Assembly: GCA_964188305.1 (NCBI GenBank)
Contig: OZ076897.1
Length of the DNA: 64,000 nucleotides
Strand: one strand, 5' to 3'
Source of the DNA: Podarcis bocagei
Lineage: Eukaryota
The notes beneath the pieces are model-generated. The model was not told where the DNA came from. It was given only the letters and a program-made list of their open reading frames with translations, and made no database searches. A program made the position numbers and the translations under genes. Below are positions 35,071 through 47,303 of this stretch, piece by piece; within the stretch, counting starts at the first letter, position 1, and each line of letters starts with the position of its first letter.

Positions 35071-36254
35071 TCGACAGAGTGTAATTTCTTTCATGGGGGG
35101 GGGGCACCATTGTGTCACAAAAGCGAACGAAACATACATGTGGGAAAGTGGACTAGTAAAATTATTTGTCGGCTAATAATTTCTGTGGACTTATTTCCAA
35201 GATCAATGAAATGGTTTTATGTCAGTTCAGCTTTTCTGAGTGCTGAATGCCGCTGTATTCTGCCTACAGATACCAGATCAAATCTGCAAGGAAATGGATT
35301 TTAAAATGTCAGCTAGTGCCAAAGTAGTGAAGCAAAGAGTGCTGATGGCATTTTATATCTCTTATTTATAAACCAGTATCTGTAAACTGCTTACTTGTCT
35401 GGTACTCTGGAGCAAAAAAGAGAGAGGGAGACCCTGGGGGAAAACAGTCTTTATTTTTTAATCTAAGAGTAAAAGTGTGACCTCTTTGTCATTCTTCTAG
35501 TTCCAGCAGCTTATGTTGTTCCTGAAACACCAGCTGTCCTCTTGGTTTCATTCTTTCAAGAAAAGCTGTTATAGACAATGGGCTGTTGAGATTGAGAGCC
35601 TAGAGGTTAATTTCTTAGAAACAGCAAAAGATTGTATTTAAACAGTCACCCATATATTATAGATTCTCTCTGCAACTACAAAGACAGTGCTTTTCTTCCA
35701 TAAGAGGGCACCTCATGTGGACAAGCAGAAGCACAGTAGTTGTTCCATCTGGTTCTTCCTTCTGCATGTTCCATGCATTCCATCCTGCTCTGGATGTAAC
35801 GTTTGAGATGCAACAGTCGTGTGGATGTATGTATGATCTAGTTCTGTCCCAGGCCTGCACCACCTCTTCCTGGAGCCCTCAGCATCACCATGAGGAGTTA
35901 CCTATATCAATTTGCCCTTCCCATGTGTCAGTAGAATTTGGGATGTTCCTGAAGCAGTGTGGTTGCAAAGCACGCAGAAGTGGCAGTCACGCTTGCCAGG
36001 CAATCAGTAACATGTGGACTTGCAAATCACAAATTCTCCCACAAGCAGTAGTTGTTATTTCAGTAACTGTTACCGAACACATTACATTTTCACACATAAA
36101 CTCATGTACATGCACAGTCAACAAGTAGACTGAGGCCATATTTATATGTAAGAGAAAAATACTGTGTCATTCCTCAGTAACTTACCAAGGAATTTAGGTG
36201 ACCCTGAGAATCTGAGAATTCTAATAAATATCCTGTGATCCCAACAGATAATTT

Positions 36255-36432
36255 CTGTATTTACTCAAATCTAATGCTCACCTTTTTTGGCCAAATAATG
36301 TTGCGAAAATTAAGGTGCGCATTAGATTCGATTGCACACTTACATTCGCCAGCAAATACTTTTTGGTTTCAAGGTTTTGAAAATTGAGGTGCACATTAGA
36401 TTCAATGGCACATTAGACTCGAGTAAATACGG
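36255..36432. mobile_element. Tc2/pogo-like MITE
   Basis: TIRs CTGTATTTACTCAAATCTAATG / CATTAGACTCGAGTAAATACGG|TA with internal GGTGCGCATTAGATTCGA repeats. Confidence 0.7.
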
Positions 36433-37519
36433 TATATTTGCAAGTCTGGATTTAGTTATCTTATCTGCTGGCAGATGATGCTTTACTTTTTGAATTTCTG
36501 GACCTATATTTTTTAAAGCTGTCGTCTTTTGTTTTATTAGCCTTTCCTGAGCTTTAAATGGTATGTTCAGACTCATAATATAGAGGGGCTCACTGGTGAG
36601 GACCTAATTTTCTTATCAGTCACTACAGTACAAGGTAAAAGTATGAAATGAATCATATATGGATAGAGCCACAAAGCCTTTAAAGAGACCTTGAAGTAGT
36701 GGGTGAAGGAAACTCTAAATCTAGCAACTGTGGTCCTTATTATAATTTATGACGCTATATAGGTATTTTGTATCCTTGAAACCTCATTGAATGGCGACTT
36801 TATATGGTGGACATACTTCACTATTCCTTACTCAGCTCTTTAGCAGCAGCTTAGGAACTGTTTGAGCACTGAATTAAGAGATGCGAACTTGTGTATTGCT
36901 CCATTTTAACATAATCTTGACACCTATAACTTAGTGCAGTATGTAAGGAGTCTTATTTTTTTAAAAAGAAAAGAAATACTTAAAACAAACGCACCAAGCT
37001 ATAGGAAAATGATGTTTTTGTGCCCTCTGATTCAAGCATTCCATAATAGGTGAGCTATAGGTAGGGGGCTAAAATCAGCAAATGGTTCTATGCAGGGTGC
37101 TGAGCTTCCGAAACTTAGCTTGCTAAAAACCTTGGAAAGTCATGTGAGAGATGGAGCTTCACAAGCTTTCCTCCATTGTAGGTTGTCCTTTTCATCATGA
37201 TGCCACGTTCAGGGTCAGTGTCCACCACCTCAGCCATTCGCTGGTCTCATTATGAGGCGGGACCTGGAAAGAAGCTCCCCTTTTCTATAGGAAAACAATG
37301 GCAATTATTGTCAATGATGGCAGCCTTTGGGAGTAGATTTGCTGCTCCTTTTCTTATAGTAAGGCACCAGCAGTTAATTTTCTTCATTTAAGACCTTTTG
37401 CTATTATTAATATTTATTGTGGAGGAAGTATAAAATAAGAGGACCAGAGTTAAGAAAGTGTATTTGATATGAACACCTTTGTTTATGCTACAATACAGTG
37501 GTATACAATACAGTGGATA

Positions 37520-37772
37520 CAGTGGTACCTCGGGATGCGAACAGGATCCATTCCGGAGCCCTTTCGCATCCTGAATAGAACGTAAGACGCGACGGCGCAT
37601 CTGCGGGGGTAGCGTTTTGCCGCTTCCGCGCATGTGCGTGACGTCAATTTGAGCATCTGTGCATGTGCAAGCGGCGAAACCTGGAAGTAACATGCTCCGT
37701 TACTTCCGGGTTGCCACGGAGTGCAACCCGAAAGCGCGCAACCTGAAGCACATTCAACCCAAGGTATGACTG
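37520..37772. mobile_element. Tc1/pogo (Tigger-like) MITE
   Basis: TA|CAGTGGTACCTCGG ... CCAAGGTATGACTG|TA. Confidence 0.8.
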
Positions 37773-38414
37773 TACACATCAAAGCATCATTTTATATGGC
37801 AATGCAGATCAGCTCATCATATTTATTTGTTTGTTTGTTGAATTTATATACTGCCCTATACCTGGAGGCATTAGCATTAGTAAAAAAGTTATATATACAT
37901 TTACTTTTTTAAAAAAATTGCTTTTCTGGCCTTTTTTGTGAAATACTTAAAATCACAGTATGAAAATTAATTGTTTTGGCAATGTTGAATTCAGTATTTA
38001 CCCTGGCCAAATCCACAACAAATTCCTGAGACACTGTAGTCCTCAAATGATTCTTAATTAACTTGAGTTTGCTAAACAGAATTTACTGTTGCTGGAATTG
38101 TTAGTAGTATCCATATGCTAACACAAACATTTGGAAACAGGTCACCACATCTGTACTCCCTTAACAAGTTTAATGGCTTCAACTGCATTTACAAAAATTG
38201 CTTCATGTACTGAGGGTAAATGTTGCATTTCTTTTCCAAAACCATCACGTTAAGGTCAGTAGGGTGTTGTTATGATAAATATAAAGCTTTTCTCTCCACA
38301 TCACTTTTACATGTTGACAGAAGAGGAAGCGGGTGTGGGGAGTATTGTGGCATTATATGTTGTTGACTTCCATTTGTCAAACCGCTGTGTTAGATGCACC
38401 ATAGTGACACACAC

Positions 38415-40460
38415 ACCCCTTGACCTCGCTGATGTGGTCCGAAGGAAAGCAGAGCAATGCATCTGGCACCAGCTTGGCTGCAGGAGTTGCCAGAAGGAGG
38501 CAGACAAGATGCCGTCCAACCATCTTAGGGCCCCCACTCCAGATTTTTGTAGGGTTTACTCCTTAGCCTTTCTTCTTCTGAAGATATCCCACAAGGCAGT
38601 GGAGGTAGAATCATAGAATCATAGAGTTGGAAGAGACCACAAGGGCCATCGAGTCCAACCCCCTGCCAAGCAGGAAACACCATCAGAGCACTCCTGACAT
38701 GGTTGTCAAGCCTCTGCTTAAAGACCTCCAAAGTAGGAGACTCCACCACACTCCTTGGCAGCAAATTCCACTGTCAAACAGCTCTTACTGTCAGGAAGTT
38801 CTTCCTAATGTTTAGGTGGAATCTTCTTTCTTGTAGTTTGGATCCATTGCTCCGTGTCCGCTTCTCTGGAGCAGCAGAAAACAACCTTTCTCCCTCCTCT
38901 ATGTGACATCCTTTTATATATTTGAACATGGTTATCATATCACCCCTTAACCTCCTCTTCTCCAGGCTAAACATGCCCAGCTCCCTTAGCCGTTCCTCAT
39001 AAGGCCTCGTTTCCAGGCCTTTGACCATTTTGGTTGCCCTCCTCTGGACACGTTCCAGTTTGTCAGTGTCTTTCTTGAATTGTGGAGCCCAGAACTGGAC
39101 ACAGTACTCCAGGTGAGGTCTGACCAGAGCAGAATACAGTGGCACTATTACTTCCCTTGATCTAGATGCTATACTCCTATTGATGCAGCCCAGAATTGCA
39201 TTGGCTTTTTTAGCTGCCGCATCACACTGTTGGCTCATGTCAAGTTTGTGGTCAACCAAGACTCCTAGATGCTTTTCACATGTACTGCTCTCAAGCCAGG
39301 TGTCACCCATCTTGTATTTGTGCCTCTCATTTTTTTTGCCCAAGTGCAATACTTTACATTTCTCCCTGTTAAAATTCATATTGTTTGTTTTGGCCCAGTT
39401 CTCTAATCTGTCAAGGTCGTTTTGAAGTGTGATCCTGTCCTCTGGGGTGTTAGCCACCCCTCCCAGTTTGGTGTCATCTGCAAATTTGATCAGGATGCCC
39501 TTGAGTCCATCATCCAAGTCGTTGATAAAGATGTTGAATAAGACCGGGCCCAAGACAGAACCCTGTGGCACCCCACTAGTCACTCTTCTCCAGGATGAAG
39601 AGGAACCATTGATGAGCACCCTTTGGGTTCGGTCAGTCAGCCAGTTACAAATCCACTGAGTGGTAGCATAGTCAAGTCCGCATTTTACCAGCTTCTTTAC
39701 AAGAATATCATGGGGCACCTTGTCAAATGCCTTGCTGAATCAAGGTAGGCTACATCCACTGCGTTCCCTTCATCTACCAGGCTTGTAATTCTGTCAAAAA
39801 ATGAGATCAGGTTAGTCTGAAATGACTTATTTTTCAGAAATCCATGCTGTCTATTGGTGATCACAGCATTCCTTTCTAGGTGCTCACAGACTGTTTGCTT
39901 AATGATCTGCTCCAGAATCTTCCCTGCTATTGATGTCAGACTGACTGGGCGGTAATTATTTGGGTCCTCTCTTTTCCCCTTTTTGAAAATAGGGACAACA
40001 TTTGCCCTCCTCCAGTCTGCCGGGACTTCGCCTGTTCTCCAGGAATTCTCAAAGATGACTGCCAGTGGTTCTGAGATCACATCTGCCAGTTTAAGATCAG
40101 AGTTTCCTTCTCCTAGATGGGCCACCTTCCCAGGTTGGCAAGCCCTATCTGCCACTCACTTTTCTCCACAACACGCACAGAAACTGCCCTCTTGACCCAC
40201 TATTGGTCTCATCCACCCAATCCACCAGAGCCTGTCTTCTCATGCAGGAGAAGTACCTCACTCACTGTCAGCTCATCTGCTTAGCCAACCAGTCAGTGAG
40301 ACCCATCGGCCACCCTCATCTGGTTTAGCCGGACATTCAAAGTGTCCTGGTGCGTGGCCTCTGTTGCATGTTGACAGATTCTAGGAGCCACAGGTGAAAC
40401 CTCAGTGCAGGGTGGGAACAAAAGGTGGAGAAACTACCCCAGAGGTACTACCCTTCCCCT
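38415..40460 (-). mobile_element. Interspersed repeat (probably RTE 5' UTR-derived) split by a young CR1
   Basis: 38415-38605 is near-identical to 60735-60922. The repeat appears to resume at 40091 after the CR1 insertion. Confidence 0.55.
38606..40091 (-). mobile_element. Young CR1 LINE, 5'-truncated, RT domain with one frameshift
   Basis: ORFs 39697-40090 and 38774-39718 contain [27 protein letters not shown] and [11 protein letters not shown]. There is a 1-nt loss at LDFSK near 39738 and an (ATTCTATG)n tail. Confidence 0.96.
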
Positions 40461-40994
40461 AACACTCCATACACAAAACGTAAATGCTAGTCTTCACACA
40501 ATATACATAAGCACACATCTTCTGAGGTCTCAGAAAATTTCTGGCTCCCCACCTCTGGCTCCCAGACCCCACTTTTGACCCCTGGCAGGAGTGTAAAATA
40601 CCCTCTGCTCCCCTGTCTGCTGAGCCCTGTTTCATTGTTGTTGGCAGTCATTATTTTGCTCCTACAGGTGCACCATGCCATTTCTTCACAGACTAAAATC
40701 TGTGTCCCAGTCAGATAAAGAGAGGGAACAGGGTTGGCCCACCCATGAGGCAGCATTCACAGGCAGCGGGACCTTACAGGGGCAGTGCTCCTGCTGCTGG
40801 AGAAGCAGTGGCTTCTGCAAGATCTCACTGAACACTTGTGAGTTCTCATTGCTGCTGCTCACTTCTTCCATGGCAGAGGACAGCCAGCCCAGTGCCACCA
40901 GAGAAGCAAGGAGAAGCAGCTGCAGCTTCCAGAAGGATCATAGATCTCTCACGAGATCTTTGCATCACAGAATTGTAGAGTTGGAAGGGGCACA

Positions 40995-41245
40995 TGCCCT
41001 TCTTAAATTTCAGCTTGTCTTTCACCTCCTTATGCAGTGGCACCACTTTATTTGTGTGCCTCCTACTTTTCTTTCTTGTTTGCACTGCCTGCCTTTGTGC
41101 CTTCAATATTTCACCTTTGAAAAACTCCCATCCATACTGGACTCTGAGTATTTCTGACCATGGGATCTCATCCAGTAGCACCTTAAGCTTTTTGAAATTG
41201 GCCTTCTTAAAGTCCAGATTGTAGGACTGACTATGCTCCGCTTTC
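40995..41245 (-). mobile_element. Old CR1 ORF2 fragment
   Basis: LDFKKANFKKLKVLLDEIPWSEIL...WEFFKGEILKAQ matches the CR1 region between endonuclease and RT. Confidence 0.75.
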
Positions 41246-42318
41246 CCTTGCCTCTGTATAGTGAAACTCAAGAGGACATCTTGCTGGATACGGGGAAGCA
41301 AGGCTTTGGTGGGTGAGGGCATCTTTCTGTTTCACCTCAGGCGGCAAAACAGGACAGACGATCCTGAGATTAAAAGAATGGTCGTTTATAGAATTCAGAA
41401 ATCATTCCAGGGATCCATTATATATTTCCCTCTCTCTCACACACACACACTAATGGTGGACCTTGGCATCTCAAATTTTAGTAGTGCCCTCTGTAACACC
41501 AAAATCCAGCATTCCCCTGCTTCTCACTTTCCATTGGCTGCCATAGGTGCTACTGGATGAGATCCCATGGTCAGAAATACTCAGAGTCCAGTATGGATGG
41601 GAGTATGGATCCAGTATGGATCCAGCATTCCCCTGCTTCTCACTTTCCATTGGCTGCCATAGGTGCGGCGACCCAAAGGCTCTGCACCAATGTGACCACA
41701 CCAATCGCGCTCTCCTAGATCACACACACAATGGTGTCAGATACCTTTCCTCAATTTCAGAGATTACATGAGAGTGATAATGAGGGTGAGCCCTGTCCCC
41801 TGATTCCCCTGGTGGCTGTGTTCAGCGTTCAGCATAAGAATGTTTACCATCCCTCTAATGCATGCCTTATCTTACAGCATCATACACAATGTTTATAAAT
41901 ATTGATTGCTTATGGAGTTAAGGTTAAGGTTATGAGGTTTCCAGTGGTGCTCCTGAATTTAAATTCATTGACTCTTGTACATCAATAACAACCAATTAAT
42001 AAAAAAACCACATGCCTTCATTGGGTGGGTTTCATTGGGTTTGGTAGGTCACAAGTAGCAGAAACCTGCTTTCTGATGTCACAACAGCCACAGAATTAGA
42101 GACTTCATCATGAAAAATACATATTGAAATGTATTTGTAAAAGCTTGTCTCTAAATGGAGCTGGATTGAAGTCCGTATTTTGAAAAGAGTTCTTTCTATA
42201 CCGAGACACAAGTATCAAAGCAGCAAAAAGCAAGGAAAACAGTTGTGCTTGATTCTGAAGTTGTGCTTGATCCTGAACACCTGCCCTTTTCTTTCTGCTG
42301 TTTTATTACCTCCCATAG

Positions 42319-42414
42319 GGGTGTGAACTCATAGAGACTCCAGATCAAGACTTAACAGACTTCACCAAGTGCCTTCAGATACTCCAGCGGAAGATAGAAA
42401 AGAACAACTTGCAG
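42319..42414 (+). CDS. TPK1: Thiamine pyrophosphokinase 1, internal coding exon (96 nt): [32 protein letters not shown]
   Basis: Acceptor tcccatag|, donor |gtaacg. Matches TPK1 GCELISTPDQDHTDFTKCL, and phase 0 continues exon 4808-4880. Confidence 0.97.
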
Positions 42415-42614
42415 GTAACGGTAGCAACTCTTTAAATACACATTTTGTGACAGTGAATCTTTCTCCCAATGTTCACGGAATGGCATAGCCTTTCGAGAGT
42501 CTCTTGATGTTTTTCCAAGTCTAAGGCTCATTTATATTGTGTTAAGTCATGTTGTGTCATGTGGCTTGAGGTAGAAAGCAAAACAGACATCAGCTACCTA
42601 AAAAAGATTACTCT

Positions 42615-43790
42615 TTTTATTATTTATTTATAATATTTTATTAATACATTAAAATAAAAAATCTAATCTAAACAAAAACAAAACAAAGAAGAAGAGTTCT
42701 CACCTGGGAGCTTCCCTTTCTTTTCCCAACCTCCCATCCTGGGAGATCTTCCTTTCCCTGCCCCTCACACAGGGTCTTTCATCAACTCTCCATCACCTTC
42801 ATCTGCAAGTTAACCCTTCCTTAAACCCTGAGTAGAGGACCGTAAATAATACAACAGACAAAGCACAAACAAAAACAAAACAAAAAATAAAAGGGAAAGA
42901 GAAGAAAAAGCTAAGAATATTAAAGGAAGTAATAACAATAAAACGTTAAAGAAAAAAGGAAGAAAAGGGGAATAAGTAAAAGGGACTGCTAACTATTTGT
43001 CAGTCAGTTCCTCAAAATAGTCAAATATTCAATCCAGAGTAATATCTAGCTGTTCCTCCATCTGCTATACAATGTTTTCCCAGTTTTCTTCAGTTTGGGC
43101 ATCTCAAGTTCATTCTTTTTTCTTTCCAAACAAGAATTCCAAAAGAAGTTATCCAATACTTATTACAAGTCAGCCAGCAATAGTCTTCCTCCAACCCAAC
43201 TTCATCTGCAATATTTTAAAAAATAAATCATTCTTTGTTCTTTATTCTCTCAAGAGCTTATTTGCTGGTGTTATGTAATAAGACAATGATCCATACTTGG
43301 TTACTTATTTTATAGTCATTAATTCACACCCAAATCCATTTCTTTCCAATCCCATTTCAGATTGGCCATGATTTTCTGTCATTTTTTAGAAAAATATGAT
43401 TTCCATTCCTTCTCTTCCATTCTTTTTCCAAAAATGTTGCAAGAGACTTAGTTGCTGTTTCCTCTGAATTCAATCCAAACTGTACACAGAGACCTTTCTT
43501 TCTCAACCCTGTCTCTGCTGACACAGAATATTTCTTAATTTCTCCTTCAAGATCATAGCTCCAACATTATATGGTTCCTGTCCTTCAGACATCTGTGTAA
43601 AGCCATTCACTTGATGTGGCAGATCATCATTAGTGTTTTCCCCTGAAAGCTGTAAATCTTCTTCAGCCTCTGCTTCATCCAATACATTTCCATTGAACAT
43701 TTTCTGTTTCCACTCTTAATTCCTTTTAATTGTTCATCAAATAATTGTTGTACAGCCCTTTAGTGGTGTCTCCCTTTAAGCCAGCCATTG
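42615..43790 (-). mobile_element. Probable degraded L1-type ORF1/3' UTR element
   Basis: T-rich tail on the left, A-rich coding-like minus strand, and composition like 23168-25422. No TSD found. Confidence 0.4.
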
Positions 43791-43844
43791 AGTTGTATTT
43801 TCAATGAAAAAGATGGTTCTTGTGACAGAGAATGAAATTGGAAA

Positions 43845-43903
43845 GAATCATAGAATCATAGAGTTGGAAGAGACCACAAGGGCCATCGAGTCCAACCCCC
43901 TGC
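43845..43903 (-). mobile_element. Extreme 3' tip of the young CR1 family
   Basis: AGAATCATAGAATCATAGAGTTGGAAGAGACCACAAGGGCCATCGAGTCCAACCCCCTGC is identical to 38607-38666. Confidence 0.9.
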
Positions 43904-45264
43904 AGTAGAAAAGTGTAATGGTTGTGGGACCCTTTAGTTACCCTCACATAGCCTGAGTAAATGCATGTTCCAGGCATGTCAAAAAGGTGAAATTTCTTAC
44001 TGTGTCCTGGAACTCTAATGCTATATTTATTTATTTATTTATTTCATAAAATTTATATATCACTTGATCATAAAAAACCCTCAAAGCAGTTTATGAAAAA
44101 TAAAACAATAAAATCAAGCAAAATTCACAACTGTACTTTAAAACAAAATTCAAAATACTGAATCAGATTAAAATTACCTCAACCTTTAAAGCATCTGGGT
44201 GAGCTTGTCTAAACAAGAATGTTTTTTGCAGATGCCGAAAAGACTCCAGTGAAGATGCCTGCTTGATATCAATAGGCAGGGAGTTCTATAGTGTTGGCAC
44301 TGCTACACTAAGCACTAAATCATGTTACTGTTGCTTTTTGGCCAAAAAAGCGCTGCCGCCCCCCAAGGCAGCTTACAAATAATGAACACCACAACTGCAA
44401 ACAACAAACAATACCAAATGATAATATTTCCAAACAAAAACTTAACATTTCAAAAGTCTCAAAATGGCAAATACATTTGAAGAGCATTCACTCAACAAAA
44501 ATGTTGAGAGAGCAAGAATAAGCACTTACGCAGAATCTCCTCTTTAAAAGCGCTCCAGTCATGGAAGTGGGACAATGAAGGTGGAAAATCTTGCCCTTGC
44601 TGGTTCTAGCAGTCTCTCCTCTGTAGATGGCTTTAAAAGGAAATTTGACAAATTTAGCTGGTACCAGAATCACCCTACCTGTGAAAAAGGGATGCAACAG
44701 GAATATGCAGAATCCTGATTAAAAAGCAGACTCACCCAATTTGATCCATATGGATCATGTCGTGGATCAGATCACGGGCCTATATTAGAACCTGCGGTCC
44801 TGCAGATCCGTTTGTGTGGCAGTCCAAGGCCTGCAGGGTCATCTCTATCCCTTAAAAATATCCTTTTGAAAAAGCCCAGAAAAGGTTGTCTGTCTCCACA
44901 GCCTGGAGCAGCTATTGCACACACCTCCAATTGCAATAAAGCGAATCCCCCTGGGAGCAACAGGACTTGGTGATGTTCCATTGCTCTCAGAAGAATCCAA
45001 CAGAAAGAAGCATGTCTGTTCCCAGGCTGTGGGTGGCTGGGTGACATATTTTGGAGCTTTTTAAAAAGGACCCCAACAGCCTTCAGACTGCCTCAAGGGA
45101 TCTGCAAAACTTTGCAGCCCAATCTTCACTATACATTTAAACCCCTTTCAACAGTCATGGCTTCCCCCAGAGCTTCCTGGGAACTGTAGTTTCTAAGGGT
45201 GCTGAAAGTTGTTAGGAAACTTCTTATTTCAGTGTGGTATAACGGTTAGAGTGTCAGCCTATGG

Positions 45265-45756
45265 CAGGGGTCAGCAACCCGCGGCTCCGGAGCCGCATGT
45301 GGCTCTTTTACACCTTTGCCGCGGCTCCGGGGTGGATACTAGCGAGGGGAGGAGGCGCATTGTGCGCCCCGACACTCCCCACTGTGGTGGGCGCTGTACT
45401 GGCTGTGACGTTGCATGGGGGCGGTGTGTGCGTTAGTCACGCACCGTCCTGACGTCACCTTCCCGCCCGCCCGCTACATTGTAAGGGGCATGTACGCTGG
45501 TCACTGCATTGAAAGGGGGCATGTACGCTGGTCACTGTTTTGAAGGGGAGTGAAGAACACACACACAAAAAAGGTAACTTGTTAATTTAATGTTTATTTC
45601 TATGAGGAGGAGTAATTCTGAGGGGTCAAACAAAGAAATAATTAAAAAGTGACAAAAAAGTTATTTTTATAATGACGAGTTTTGCAGCCCCCAGGTTTTT
45701 TTTCTTTGGAAACGGGTCCAAGTGGCTCTTTTTGTCTTAAAGGTTGCAGACCCCTG
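45265..45756. mobile_element. hAT non-autonomous DNA transposon, recent
   Basis: TIRs CAGGGGTCAGCAACC / GGTTGCAGACCCCTG, perfect 8-bp TSD GCCTATGG, and retained CpGs. Confidence 0.92.
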
Positions 45757-46735
45757 GCCTATGGGAAGACCACAGAAGGGACAAAAAGCAGTAGCCCTCT
45801 CACACCGTTGTTGCTCAGCGACTGACGCTGACAGTTTGGAATGGATGGACCCAGTGAAGTCCAGTCAGGCCAGTTTCCAAAACACTCTCCCAGTCTCCTC
45901 AGAACAAACTCTTCAGTCCCCCATGACAACTCACAGGGACAAAAAGGGCCGTGCTGCAGATATGCTCCACAGGATCACACGTGATCATAGCAGACCCTCA
46001 TTTAAAGACAGGAGGCTCACCCTTAATTCTGACTTTATCTACTGGTTCTTCCATTCATTTTGCACTATATTACAGAATCAAATAGTCAAATCACAGGGCT
46101 TTATGCCACAGAGCAAAGGTTTAGAAGAGAATTTTTTTAATTGCCTCCATTAAAATCCTCCCTGGGAGCAATTGGCAGAGTTTTCATTTTTTGTTTCTCT
46201 GCTCCCTTGGCAGTTCTGGACTGGAATGCCGTTCTTTTCACTTTGGTTACAAAGCCTGCAGAATCTCATTGGGCCTAAATAAAGGTTGATGAGGCTTTTC
46301 GTGGTATGTTGCTTTACAGACAAAAGTCAACTTAGTCTAAATTTAGAGCTTTGGCTGGGGTGGGGGAATCTTTGGTGACAGTCAAAGCCTCTGACGTTAT
46401 ACAAAAGATTCAGATGTATTCCAAGTCACAAGTATATTTTCATGCAGCTTTGCTAAGAAATAACGAAATGCTAGAACCACAGGACATCTTATAAAATAGT
46501 TCATTTTAAACTTGCTGCATTTTATATAACAAAAGGTAAATACTTGTCTTACGTGCAGGAGTCCTCCATTTAGTTGATCCCATCTTTCCTTGTTGGTGAA
46601 AGCTTTCAAGAATAAATCAGTTAAGGCTTAATTCCCAAGTCTTTCTTTGTATTGTTTCTATTGCATTCATACATACATTTTAGGCTCTGGTTTTTTGTTT
46701 GTACGGTAATTCTTCCTTCAATCTTACACGCCCCC

Positions 46736-46738
<3 letters not shown>

Positions 46739-46780
<42 letters not shown>
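46739..46780. repeat. (AC)n microsatellite
   Basis: About 21 uninterrupted AC units. Confidence 0.95.
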
Positions 46781-46784
<4 letters not shown>

Positions 46785-46933
46785 ACAGAAACTGAGGCTT
46801 GCACTTATATTAGACTTACTTCCATTGCTTTCTGTGGCAAAAATTTACTATTCTTTAATTTTCTCTCTCTACATTGTTCTACAATTGCAGTACAGTTCCG
46901 TAAAAGAATTGTATGTGTGTACAGGGGTTTTAA

Positions 46934-47303
46934 GGAGGACGCGGGTGGTGCTGTGGGTAAAACCTCAGCGCCTAGGGCTTGCCGATCGCATGGTCGGTGG
47001 TTCGAATCCCCGTGGCGGGGTGAGCTCCCATGGTTCGGTCCCATCTCCTGCCCACCTAGCAGTTCGAAAGCACAATTAAGTGCAAGTAGATAAATAGGTA
47101 CCGCTTTCTAGAGGGAAGGTAAACGGCGTTCCGTGTGCTGCTCTGATGCCGGTTCGCCGGAGCAGCTTCGTCACGCTGGCCACGTGACCCGGAAGTGTCT
47201 GCGGACAGCGCTGGCTCCCGGCCTCTAGAGTGAGATGAGTGCACAACCCTAGAGTCTGTCAAGACTGGCCCCTACGGGCAGGGGTACCTTTACCTTTACC
47301 TTT
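46934..47303 (+). mobile_element. Full-length Sauria-type SINE
   Basis: tRNA-like head with B-box GGTTCGAATCC, (ACCTTT)n tail, and TSD TACAGGGGTTT(T)AAG on both sides. Confidence 0.93.

Noticed and set aside
35660-36070. Minus-strand Cys-rich fragments suggesting a piggyBac-type transposase C-terminal domain
   Set aside because: The motif appears only after assuming several frameshifts, and no TTAA-flanked TIR was found. It needs a translated profile search before any call.
39697-40155. ORF N-terminus MADRACQPGKVAHLGEGNSD as part of CR1 ORF2
   Set aside because: It is read-in from the flanking repeat across the CR1 5' truncation point at about 40091.
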